From NCBI GenBank assembly GCA_037147375.1, contig JBAWVI010000048.1:1-7364 (forward strand): a stretch of DNA of 7,364 nucleotides, in the 5' to 3' direction. This DNA comes from an archaeon. Lineage in GTDB: Archaea > Iainarchaeota > Iainarchaeia > Iainarchaeales > CSSED10-239. Each line of letters opens with the position of its first letter. The stretch's first letter is position 1. The notes under the pieces are model-generated. The model searched no databases, had not been told where the DNA came from, and was given only the letters and a program-made list of their open reading frames with translations. Position numbers and translations under genes: made by a program. Positions 1 through 6,178 of this stretch are shown piece by piece.

Positions 1-711
1 AATACCTGAGGAAACAATTCGAATCCTTACATAGTCATTTTTGATTTTAGCAATCAATTGCGATGCAAAAGAGTTATACAAATAAGTTTTGGTTGAAATT
101 TTTGATTTGATAGTTTCAGTTTCATTTTCCAACTGCTGTATTTCTTCAGCTAATTTCTGCATAGCCAATTTCTTATCAGCAATTAATTTAATATTACTAT
201 CAATATTAGCATTTTTCTTATTAATATCAGCGTCAAATACCAATTTTCTATCATTTTCAATGATATTAATAGCATCTGTTAATGCAATTGAAAGTGCTTC
301 TTTAGTAACACCTTTCTTTTTCATAAAAGAAAACGCCATCTTAAATTTATTGGCTTCTGGAAGTGTTGGATCAGTTTCTATAACTGTGTGATCAAATCCA
401 CCAAGGTCTGCTTTACCCCAGTTACCTATAGCGTGAACTGTTAAGCTCTTTGGTTTAATTTCTCCAAGAGTTGAATGCTTAGATAAAAATATTATTTGAT
501 TAATATCAAGATCTGGTTCAATTACTTCTTCTTCCTTTGAAAATATATGCATGGAATCTATTACTTTAACATAAATTTTATTTATTGAACCACTTAAAAC
601 AAGTTCAAACACTTTATCTTTAATTTTTTCTAATTTATATTTAGTAAATAATACTTCCTTAAAGTTTAAAGAAGCAGGATCTTGATTTGAAACAATTATT
701 AAAAAATTCAT
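1..711 (-). CDS. Partial CDS: N-terminal 237 codons, with the 3' end beyond the window start. The N-terminal ~110 aa tentatively resemble archaeal-type D-aminoacyl-tRNA deacylase (DtdA/PF04414-like). A Lys/Glu/Asn-rich probable coiled coil follows.
   Basis: My own translation of the reverse complement from ATG at 711..709 is open for all 237 codons to position 1: MNFLIIVSNQDPASLNFKEVL...FLSKHSTLGEIKPKSLTVHAIGNWGKADLGGFDHTVIETDP...KLAMQKLAEEIQQLENETETIKSKIS...VRIRIVSSGI. The segment SKHS-x9-LTVHAIGNWGKADLGG matches my recollection of the DtdA core motif (H-x-T-G-N-W-G-x-A-x-x-G-G). The downstream HHGP-type motif expected in DtdA is not present. The + strand ORF 89..391 is its antisense shadow. 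The CDS itself is well supported; the family call is tentative and from memory. Confidence 0.6.
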   Translation of the reverse strand, partial: MNFLIIVSNQDPASLNFKEVLFTKYKLEKIKDKVFELVLSGSINKIYVKVIDSMHIFSKEEEVIEPDLDINQIIFLSKHSTLGEIKPKSLTVHAIGNWGKADLGGFDHTVIETDPTLPEANKFKMAFSFMKKKGVTKEALSIALTDAINIIENDRKLVFDADINKKNANIDSNIKLIADKKLAMQKLAEEIQQLENETETIKSKISTKTYLYNSFASQLIAKIKNDYVRIRIVSSGI

Positions 712-835
712 ATATTATCAGTATTTAGTAGCTTAAGTTAATAAAAGAATGAGAGAAACCATTTATAAATATTTTTAGTTACATTATTAATAGATAATTA
801 ACTTTATTTAATAATTTAGTTAGGGGGAGTTAAAA
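712..835. promoter_or_regulatory. Divergent intergenic region with TATA-like boxes. TTTATAAATA lies at 762..771 on the + strand. TTTTATTAA lies on the minus strand at 746..738, ending 27 nt upstream of the minus-strand ATG. An SD-like GGGGGAG sits at 823..829.
   Basis: This is the only sizeable non-coding stretch between two divergently oriented genes. GGGGGAG lies 6 nt upstream of ATG 836. The minus-strand gene has no SD, and its TATA-like box is at the distance expected for a near-leaderless archaeal transcript. In DNA this AT-rich, such motifs arise by chance, so this is weak evidence. Confidence 0.3.
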
Positions 836-1186
836 ATGATATATATATCTAATACAATGTTTCCATTAAGAATTGATAGAAAATCCAAGGAACATATTCA
901 ATTTGAGGTTTCTTTAAAAAGTCAAAACTCATTAAGTAAACTAATTTCATATGAAATTATTTTTCCTGAAGGGCTTGCAATGGAAAAAGGTCAAAAAAAT
1001 ACTCAAATATATAAGCTTGGAGAAATGAAAGCTGATGAAACTAGAATATTTAAGTATAAATTAATGCCAACAAGCTATTTAGGTGAAGGATCTATTCAAA
1101 TAATTGTAAGAGCTTATGAGCATTTAGGTTCATATGATCAATTAGAACAAACAACAGAAAAAATTATTACAATAAGAGTTGTTTAA
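836..1186 (+). CDS. Hypothetical small protein (116 aa), predicted beta-rich, with no recognisable family
   Basis: ORF with a strong SD (GGGGGAG, 6-nt spacer) and a TAA stop. Alternating polar/hydrophobic patterns (IQFEVSLKS, ISYEIIFPEG, TRIFKYKLMP, GSIQIIVRAY, KIITIRVV) suggest an Ig-like or beta-sandwich fold. No signal peptide or TM segment is seen. Confidence 0.65.
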   Translation: MIYISNTMFPLRIDRKSKEHIQFEVSLKSQNSLSKLISYEIIFPEGLAMEKGQKNTQIYKLGEMKADETRIFKYKLMPTSYLGEGSIQIIVRAYEHLGSYDQLEQTTEKIITIRVV

Positions 1187-1240
1187 GACTCTTATTTATT
1201 CTTTTATTTATTAAAAGTAACTAATGTTAAGGAGTAAAAC

Positions 1241-1798
1241 ATGCCTTATAGAAAACTTCCAACAGTTCTTCCAAAGAAACTTAGAGAAAAGGGAATTACT
1301 TTAGGAGAAATTAGAAGAAAAACTAATTCTATAATTGAATCAGATAGATATCAATTAAAGCTTGGAAAAGCACAAGGATTTCAAAGTGCTGAACCTTTTG
1401 CAGAGCTTATAGATAAATTAAAAAAGCTTAATGAAAGAATTAAGAATGAAAAAAACTTATTTAAGAAAAAAATGTTTAATTCAGAATTAACTAGAACTAA
1501 AATTGATGTTAATTTACTTAATTTTCAATCAACTATCTACTTTTATATTACATTTGGTGCTGAAAAAAAGCTAGTTTCAACTAAAATGTTTGCGGAGATT
1601 GAACATAATTCAGATCAAATAAGAAATAATCTTAATCATTGTATGGAATCAGGAGTAATGTCTGAAAGTAAGATATATAATCTTTCAAAGGATTTAGTTA
1701 ATAGAATTAGTAAAGCTAAATTTACAGACTTTAATGAAGTTAATGAATATCTTAAAAAGAAGGTTTGGGAAACTGAGCTTTTAAAAAAAATAAATTAG
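1241..1798 (+). CDS. Hypothetical protein (185 aa), Lys-rich, predicted helical, with no recognisable family
   Basis: ORF preceded by AAGGAG (1229..1234, 6-nt spacer) and ending in TAG. It lies 10 nt upstream of tmk. No motif I can assign. Confidence 0.65.
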   Translation: MPYRKLPTVLPKKLREKGITLGEIRRKTNSIIESDRYQLKLGKAQGFQSAEPFAELIDKLKKLNERIKNEKNLFKKKMFNSELTRTKIDVNLLNFQSTIYFYITFGAEKKLVSTKMFAEIEHNSDQIRNNLNHCMESGVMSESKIYNLSKDLVNRISKAKFTDFNEVNEYLKKKVWETELLKKIN

Positions 1799-1808
1799 TG
1801 ATTTTTAT

Positions 1809-2495
1809 ATGATAGAAGGAAAACTAATTGTTATTGATGGAACAGATGGTTCTGGTAAAGCAACACAGGTTAAGCTTCTTAAAGATAAATTATTAAGTGA
1901 AGGTTATTTAGTAGAAACAATTGATTTCCCACAATATGGACAAAAATCAGCTGGACCAACAGAAGATTATCTTTCTGGGAAATATGGATCTCCTGATGAA
2001 GTTGGAGCATATAGAGCATCTATTCTTTATGCAGTTGATAGATATGCTGCTTCTTTTAAGATGAAAGAATGGCTTCTTGAAGGAAAGATAGTTATTTGTG
2101 ATAGATATGTTTCTGCAAACATGGGACACCAAGCAGGAAAGATTTCTGATCTTAGGGAAAGAGATAAATATCTTGATTGGTTATTTGATTTAGAATTTAA
2201 TATATTCCAAATCCCTAAACCAAATATTAATATTTTCTTATATCTTGATCCAGTTATAGCTAGAAGACTTGCACAAGAAAACACAAGTAATAAGTTTACA
2301 AATGAAGTTAAGAAGAATGATATTCATGAAAAGGATCCAGAACATATGAAAAAAGCAAGTGAATCATTCAAGTATGTTGCTGATAAATATAAATGGATAA
2401 CTATAGATTGTTCAGATAAGCAAGAGAATGCAGGAATTAAAACAAGAGAAGAAATATCAGAAGATATCTATAATAAAGTTAAGGGGTTACTTTAA
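1809..2495 (+). CDS. tmk: Thymidylate kinase (dTMP kinase), M. tuberculosis-like subtype
   Basis: 228 aa. P-loop LIVIDGTDGSGKATQ. FPQYG-x-S...YL-GKYG segment. DRY motif (ICDRYVSANMGHQ). LID-like region ...NDIHEKD. The architecture parallels M. tuberculosis TMPK (GAGKRT P-loop, FPRYG, LDRYVASN). The TAA stop at 2493..2495 abuts the glyA ATG at 2496. Confidence 0.9.
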   Translation: MIEGKLIVIDGTDGSGKATQVKLLKDKLLSEGYLVETIDFPQYGQKSAGPTEDYLSGKYGSPDEVGAYRASILYAVDRYAASFKMKEWLLEGKIVICDRYVSANMGHQAGKISDLRERDKYLDWLFDLEFNIFQIPKPNINIFLYLDPVIARRLAQENTSNKFTNEVKKNDIHEKDPEHMKKASESFKYVADKYKWITIDCSDKQENAGIKTREEISEDIYNKVKGLL

Positions 2496-3721
2496 ATGAG
2501 TTCTTCAAAAGAAATATTTGATCTTATTAAAAGAGAAGAAGAAAGACAACAAAATACAATTGAAATGATTGCTTCTGAAAATATTACTTCAAAAGCTATT
2601 AGAAAAGCTTGTGGTTCTGTTCTTACAAACAAATATGCTGAAGGATATCCTACAAGAAGATATTATTCTGGGTGTGAAAACGTAGATAAGATTGAACAAA
2701 TTGGAATTGATTCTTGTAAGAAACTATTTAAATCAAGTTTTGCAAACATTCAACCTCATTCAGGATCAAATGCAAATGAAATTGCTTATTTTTCTTGTCT
2801 TGAACCAAAAGATAAGATATTAGGTATGTCACTTGATGCTGGTGGGCACTTAACTCATGGTTATAAGATTAATTTTTCAGGAAAAATCTATGAATCTAAT
2901 TTTTATGGAGTAGGAATTGATGGTTATCTTGATTATGATGTAATTAGAAAGCAAGCTCTTGAGATTAAACCAAAATTAATTATTGCAGGAGCATCAGCGT
3001 ACCCAAGAAAAATTGATTTTTCTGAGTTTAGAAAAATTGCTGATGAATCAGGAGCACTATTAATGGTTGATATGGCTCATATTGCTGGGCTTGTTGCAAC
3101 AAACCTTCATCAATCACCAGTAACCTATGCAGATATTGTTACATCAACTACACATAAGACACTTAGAGGCCCTAGGGTGGATTTATTATTACAAATAATG
3201 AAGAAAGAAGTAAAAAAATTGATAAAGCTTGCTTTCCTGGTTTCCAAGGTGGACCACTTGAGCATATAATTGCAGGAAAAGCAATTTGTTTTAGAGAAGC
3301 AAGCAAGCCAAGCTTTAAAAAATATCAAAAGCAAGTTCTTTTAAATTCTAAAACCTTAGCTAATGAACTTTTATCACATGGTTTTAATCTTGTGACTGGT
3401 GGAACAGATAATCATCTTCTTTTAGTTGATTTAAGACCTAAAGGAGTTACAGGTAAAGAAGGAGAAGCACTTCTTGAGAAGTGTGGAATTTCAGTTAATA
3501 AGAATGCAATTCCAAATGATCCACAACCACCAATGATTGCATCTGGAATAAGGATAGGAACTCCAGCAATAACTACAAGAGGAGCAAAAGAAGAGGATAT
3601 AAAGGTTATTGCAAAATATATTAATGATATACTTACAAATAAGGATAATGATGTGCTTCATCAAAAAATAAAGCAAGAAATTATAGAATTGTTAAAAAAG
3701 TTTCCAATAAATAAAATTTAA
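2496..3721 (+). pseudogene. glyA: Serine hydroxymethyltransferase. As sequenced, the reading frame is broken by a 1-nt (-1) frameshift at the GGG run 3175..3177. This is either a true pseudogene or a sequencing/assembly indel.
   Basis: Frame 3 (2496..3176) gives a canonical SHMT N-terminal part: [70 protein letters not shown], and the PLP-lysine motif [12 protein letters not shown]. It then drifts into non-homologous text ([10 protein letters not shown]...) until a stop at 3269. Restarting at G3176 in the -1 frame gives [42 protein letters not shown]...LVTGGTDNHLLLVDLRPKGVTGKEGE...IRIGTPAITTRG, open to TAA 3719..3721. Joined, this restores the invariant [10 protein letters not shown] motif and a ~408-aa protein. 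The track ORF 3392..3721 is only the tail of this second frame. Confidence 0.85.
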
Positions 3722-3738
3722 AAGAAAAGGTGATATGT

Positions 3739-4341
3739 ATGCCAGGTAAAATAAAGAGTCCAATCTTATTAATGACAAGAAAGAAATTAGAAAGAACAAA
3801 AACAAATGCAATAAAGGAACATCAAAAGAAACTCAAAGAAATTAAAGAATCTCAAACCTATCAAAACAAAAAAGCAAATGTAAGTGAATCTAAAGAAAGT
3901 ATAGCTTTTTCAACTTTAAAACATGATCTTAGTAGAATAAATGCATCCTTAAAAAAACAACCAAAAGGTTCAGCATTATATTCTCAATTATCAAATAGTA
4001 AAAACATTGTAGAAAGTGCAATAAATATAATGAATTTACGTATGAGAGTTAATCATTATAGAAAAGGATATATTGAAGAACATCATCCAGAAATAGAAAA
4101 TATATTTAGTGCAAAGTTTTCACTTCTTTTATGTAATATTACTACATATCAAGAACATAAATCTTACGCTGAAGTAAATACGTTTGTTAAAAAAACTATG
4201 ATTGAATTTAATAATTTCGAAAAATCACTTAAATCAAAATTAATTAGTAAAGATGTATCTGAAAATAAACTAAGAGCATTTGAATTACTTAGTGGTTTTG
4301 TGGATTCTAAGAATAAAGAAATTGTAAGGCTAATTAAATAA
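3739..4341 (+). CDS. Hypothetical protein (~200 aa), Lys/Ser/Asn-rich, predicted helical, with no recognisable family
   Basis: The track ORF starts at GTG 3730. ATG 3739 is better placed relative to the SD AAGGTGAT (3727..3734). TAA stop at 4339..4341. Sits between glyA and the DNPH1-like gene. No assignable motif. Confidence 0.65.
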   Translation: MPGKIKSPILLMTRKKLERTKTNAIKEHQKKLKEIKESQTYQNKKANVSESKESIAFSTLKHDLSRINASLKKQPKGSALYSQLSNSKNIVESAINIMNLRMRVNHYRKGYIEEHHPEIENIFSAKFSLLLCNITTYQEHKSYAEVNTFVKKTMIEFNNFEKSLKSKLISKDVSENKLRAFELLSGFVDSKNKEIVRLIK

Positions 4342-4361
4342 ATCTAAAGGATGATGATTAT

Positions 4362-4799
4362 ATGAAAAATATATATTTTGCTGGTTCAATTACTGGAGGA
4401 AGGGATGATGCTCCTGTTTATGCAATATTAATTGAATACCTTAAAACTAAAGGTAAAGTACTAACAGAACATATTGGTAGTAGTAGTATTTTAGAAAAAG
4501 GTGAAGAAAACTCTAATGAAGGCACAAAAATGTCATTTGAAGATATATACCTTAGAGATATAGATTGGATAAAAGAAGCAGATATATTAATTGCAGAAGT
4601 TACAAAACCATCTCTTGGAGTTGGTTATGAGCTTGGATTTGCAGAAAAACTAAATATTCCAATAATTTGTTTATACAGAGAAGATGAAACAAATAAAGAT
4701 AAGAGATTATCTGCAATGGTTGATGGAAATAAGTACAATATTGTAATAAAATATAAAAATATTAATGATGTTATCTTACAATTAGATAAATATTTATAA
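4362..4799 (+). CDS. 2'-deoxynucleoside 5'-phosphate N-hydrolase (DNPH1/Rcl-like; nucleoside 2-deoxyribosyltransferase superfamily)
   Basis: 145 aa, alignable end to end with mammalian DNPH1/Rcl as I recall it. IYFAGSITGGRDD matches YFCGSIRGGRED. GKVLTEHIG matches GTVLTEHVA. DIDWIKEADILIAEVTKPSLGVGYELG matches DLEWLQQADVVVAEVTQPSLGVGYELG. RLSAMV matches VLSAMI. The equivalents of the Rcl catalytic residues (Tyr in YF-GS, Asp in D-x-x-W, Glu in GYELG, Ser in LSAM) are all present. An SD-like AAAGGA lies upstream. Confidence 0.85.
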   Translation: MKNIYFAGSITGGRDDAPVYAILIEYLKTKGKVLTEHIGSSSILEKGEENSNEGTKMSFEDIYLRDIDWIKEADILIAEVTKPSLGVGYELGFAEKLNIPIICLYREDETNKDKRLSAMVDGNKYNIVIKYKNINDVILQLDKYL

Positions 4800-4813
4800 A
4801 GAGGAGAAAAATT

Positions 4814-5680
4814 ATGAAAGCATATCTTGATATAATACAGAAAATCTTGGACAAGGGAGAACTTAAACACAATAGAACAGGTGTTGATACGCTTGCTATT
4901 GCTGGAGCTATGTTCGAACATGATATGCAAGAAGGTTTTCCTGTTCTTACAACTAAGAAAGTTCCTTTTAGATTAGTTGCTTCAGAACTTGAGTTTTTCA
5001 TAAAAGGAATTACAGACAAAAAATGGTTACAAGAAAGAGATAATCATATTTGGGATGAATGGTGCTGTCCTGATAACGTTCCTTATGGACATGATGCAGA
5101 AACTAAAAAGAAAATGCTTGAAGAAAGAGAGCTTGGGCCTATTTATGGATGGCAATGGAGAAATTTTGGAGCAAAATATCAAGCTTTTGATAAAGCACCA
5201 TTAGGAGAAGGTGTTGATCAACTTAAAAATGTAGTTAATAAGCTTAAATCAGATCCAACTGATAGAAGAATGATTGTTTCAGCATGGAATCCACATGATA
5301 TTAAACATATGGCTCTTCCTGCTTGTCATTATGGATTTCAAGTAACAGTTATTAATGATAAACTTAATTTATTATGGAATCAAAGATCAGTTGATTCTGC
5401 TCTTGGTTTACCATTTAACATTGCAAGTTATGGATTATTACTTCATCTTCTTGCAAAGGAAGCTGGACTTAAGGAAGGTAAGTTAATTGGTTTTTTAGGA
5501 GACACACATGTTTATGTTAATCATATTGATGGACTTAAAGAACAACTTGCAAGAGAAACATATAAATTACCAACAATTGAAACTAGTGATTTTAAATCTA
5601 TATTTGATTGGAAATATACAGACACTAAATTAATAGATTATAAAGCTCAACCAACAATTAAGTTTGAGATTGCAGTTTAA
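4814..5680 (+). CDS. thyA: Thymidylate synthase, ThyA family. All canonical TS residues are present, but dUMP hydroxymethylase-type chemistry cannot be excluded from sequence alone.
   Basis: 288 aa. Motifs seen: NRTGVDT; FPVLTTKKVPF; SELEFFIKG; IWDEW; LGPIYGWQWRNFGA; DRRMIVSAWNP; catalytic Cys in MALPACH (Cys171, nt 5324..5326); QRSVD; GLPFNIASY with the uracil-specifying Asn (Asn202, nt 5417..5419); GDTHVYVNH; C-terminal PTIKFEIAV. SD GAGGAG at 4801..4806. Confidence 0.9.
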   Translation: MKAYLDIIQKILDKGELKHNRTGVDTLAIAGAMFEHDMQEGFPVLTTKKVPFRLVASELEFFIKGITDKKWLQERDNHIWDEWCCPDNVPYGHDAETKKKMLEERELGPIYGWQWRNFGAKYQAFDKAPLGEGVDQLKNVVNKLKSDPTDRRMIVSAWNPHDIKHMALPACHYGFQVTVINDKLNLLWNQRSVDSALGLPFNIASYGLLLHLLAKEAGLKEGKLIGFLGDTHVYVNHIDGLKEQLARETYKLPTIETSDFKSIFDWKYTDTKLIDYKAQPTIKFEIAV

Positions 5681-5694
5681 ACAAAGGTGTGATT

Positions 5695-6165
5695 TTGAGA
5701 GAGATAATAATTATTGTTGCAGTTGCAAAGAATAATGTAATTGGTAAGGATAATAAGATACCTTGGCATATTTCTGATGATTTTAAGCATTTTAAGGAAT
5801 AAACCTTGAATAATCCAATAATAATGGAAAAGAATACATATCTTTCTTTACCTAAAAGACCACTTCCCGAAAGGGAAAATATAATTCTAACATTTTTAGA
5901 TGATTCTTTTAATGATCCAGGAATTACAATCAAGCATTCACTTAAAGATGCTCTTGAGTACACAGGAAATAAAGATGTTTACATTATAGGTGGAGCAAGC
6001 GTATACAAGCAAGCAATAGAGCTTGCAACAAAACTTGAAATTACAAGTATAGATAAAAAATATGATGGAGATACTTTTTTTCCTGAAATTAATTTAGATA
6101 TTTGGAAATTAATTAAAGAAGATAAGAGAGAAGGTTATTCATTTCAAACATATATAAAAAAATAA
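5695..6165 (+). pseudogene. folA: Dihydrofolate reductase interrupted by one in-frame TAA (5800..5802) with no frame change. This is a pseudogene, a sequencing error or a read-through candidate.
   Basis: Same-frame translation from TTG 5695 (SD AAGGTG at 5684..5689; alternative GTG start at 5689) gives (M)REIIIIVAVAKNNVIGKDNKIPWHISDDFKHFKE*TLNNPIIMEKNTYLSLPKRPLPERENIILT...VYIIGGASVYKQAIE...DKKYDGDTFFPE... This aligns colinearly with E. coli and B. subtilis DHFR (VIGxxNxxPW, D-x-x-x-FK-x-x-T, IMGRxT, PLPxRxNIVL, IGGxxVY, GDxxFP). The TAA falls at a variable position (FKR-N-T in E. coli, FKK-I-T in B. subtilis). The track ORF 5806..6165 is only the distal part. Confidence 0.8.
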
Positions 6166-6178
6166 GTGGTGAAAATTT

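Noticed and set aside
89-391. + strand ORF of 100 aa (MVEIFDLIVSVSFSNCC...)
   Set aside because: It lies entirely antisense to the much longer minus-strand ORF 1..711, which has a recognisable motif. It starts with TTG, has no SD, and has the hydrophobic, low-complexity composition typical of shadow frames in AT-rich DNA.
712-835. THF, ZTP or other riboswitch/leader upstream of the folate and thymidylate genes
   Set aside because: I could find no paired, GC-containing helices in this AT-rich spacer. The spacers directly upstream of glyA, thyA and folA are only 0-14 nt, too short for any riboswitch.
1947-2284. Two minus-strand ORFs (61 and 85 aa) inside tmk
   Set aside because: They are antisense shadows of a confidently identified thymidylate kinase. 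They have Cys/Ile/Ser/Phe-rich nonsense composition and no start context.
3171-3180. Programmed -1 ribosomal frameshift in glyA
   Set aside because: There is no X XXY YYZ slippery heptamer (the sequence is GGC CCT AGG GTG). The P-site AGG would have to re-pair on UAG. I could find no downstream stem-loop or pseudoknot. A G-run indel is the simpler explanation, although it remains formally untested.
3125-3676. Minus-strand ORFs 3125..3334 and 3491..3676 inside glyA
   Set aside because: They are antisense to conserved SHMT coding sequence and show no homology signal. I briefly considered that 3125..3334 might explain the gap between the two SHMT fragments, but the -1 frame of the + strand is open and SHMT-like across that whole interval.
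3392-3721. ORF-track entry treated as an independent 109-aa gene
   Set aside because: Its GTG start is an ORF-caller artefact. The same frame is open and SHMT-homologous from 3176, so this is the C-terminal part of glyA.
4625-5019. Minus-strand ORFs 4625..4930 and 4771..5019 spanning the DNPH1-like/thyA junction
   Set aside because: They are antisense to two strongly conserved genes and to their SD-containing spacer, and their composition is typical of shadow ORFs.
5800-5802. TAA reassigned as a sense codon (alternative genetic code)
   Set aside because: Six of the eight other + strand genes in this window terminate with TAA at positions matching the C-termini of their homologues (for example ThyA ...FEIAV-TAA). 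TAA therefore clearly functions as a stop here.
5658-5963. Minus-strand ORF of 101 aa across the thyA end and the DHFR start
   Set aside because: It is antisense to DHFR-homologous sequence. It does not explain the in-frame stop, and it has no motif or RBS.
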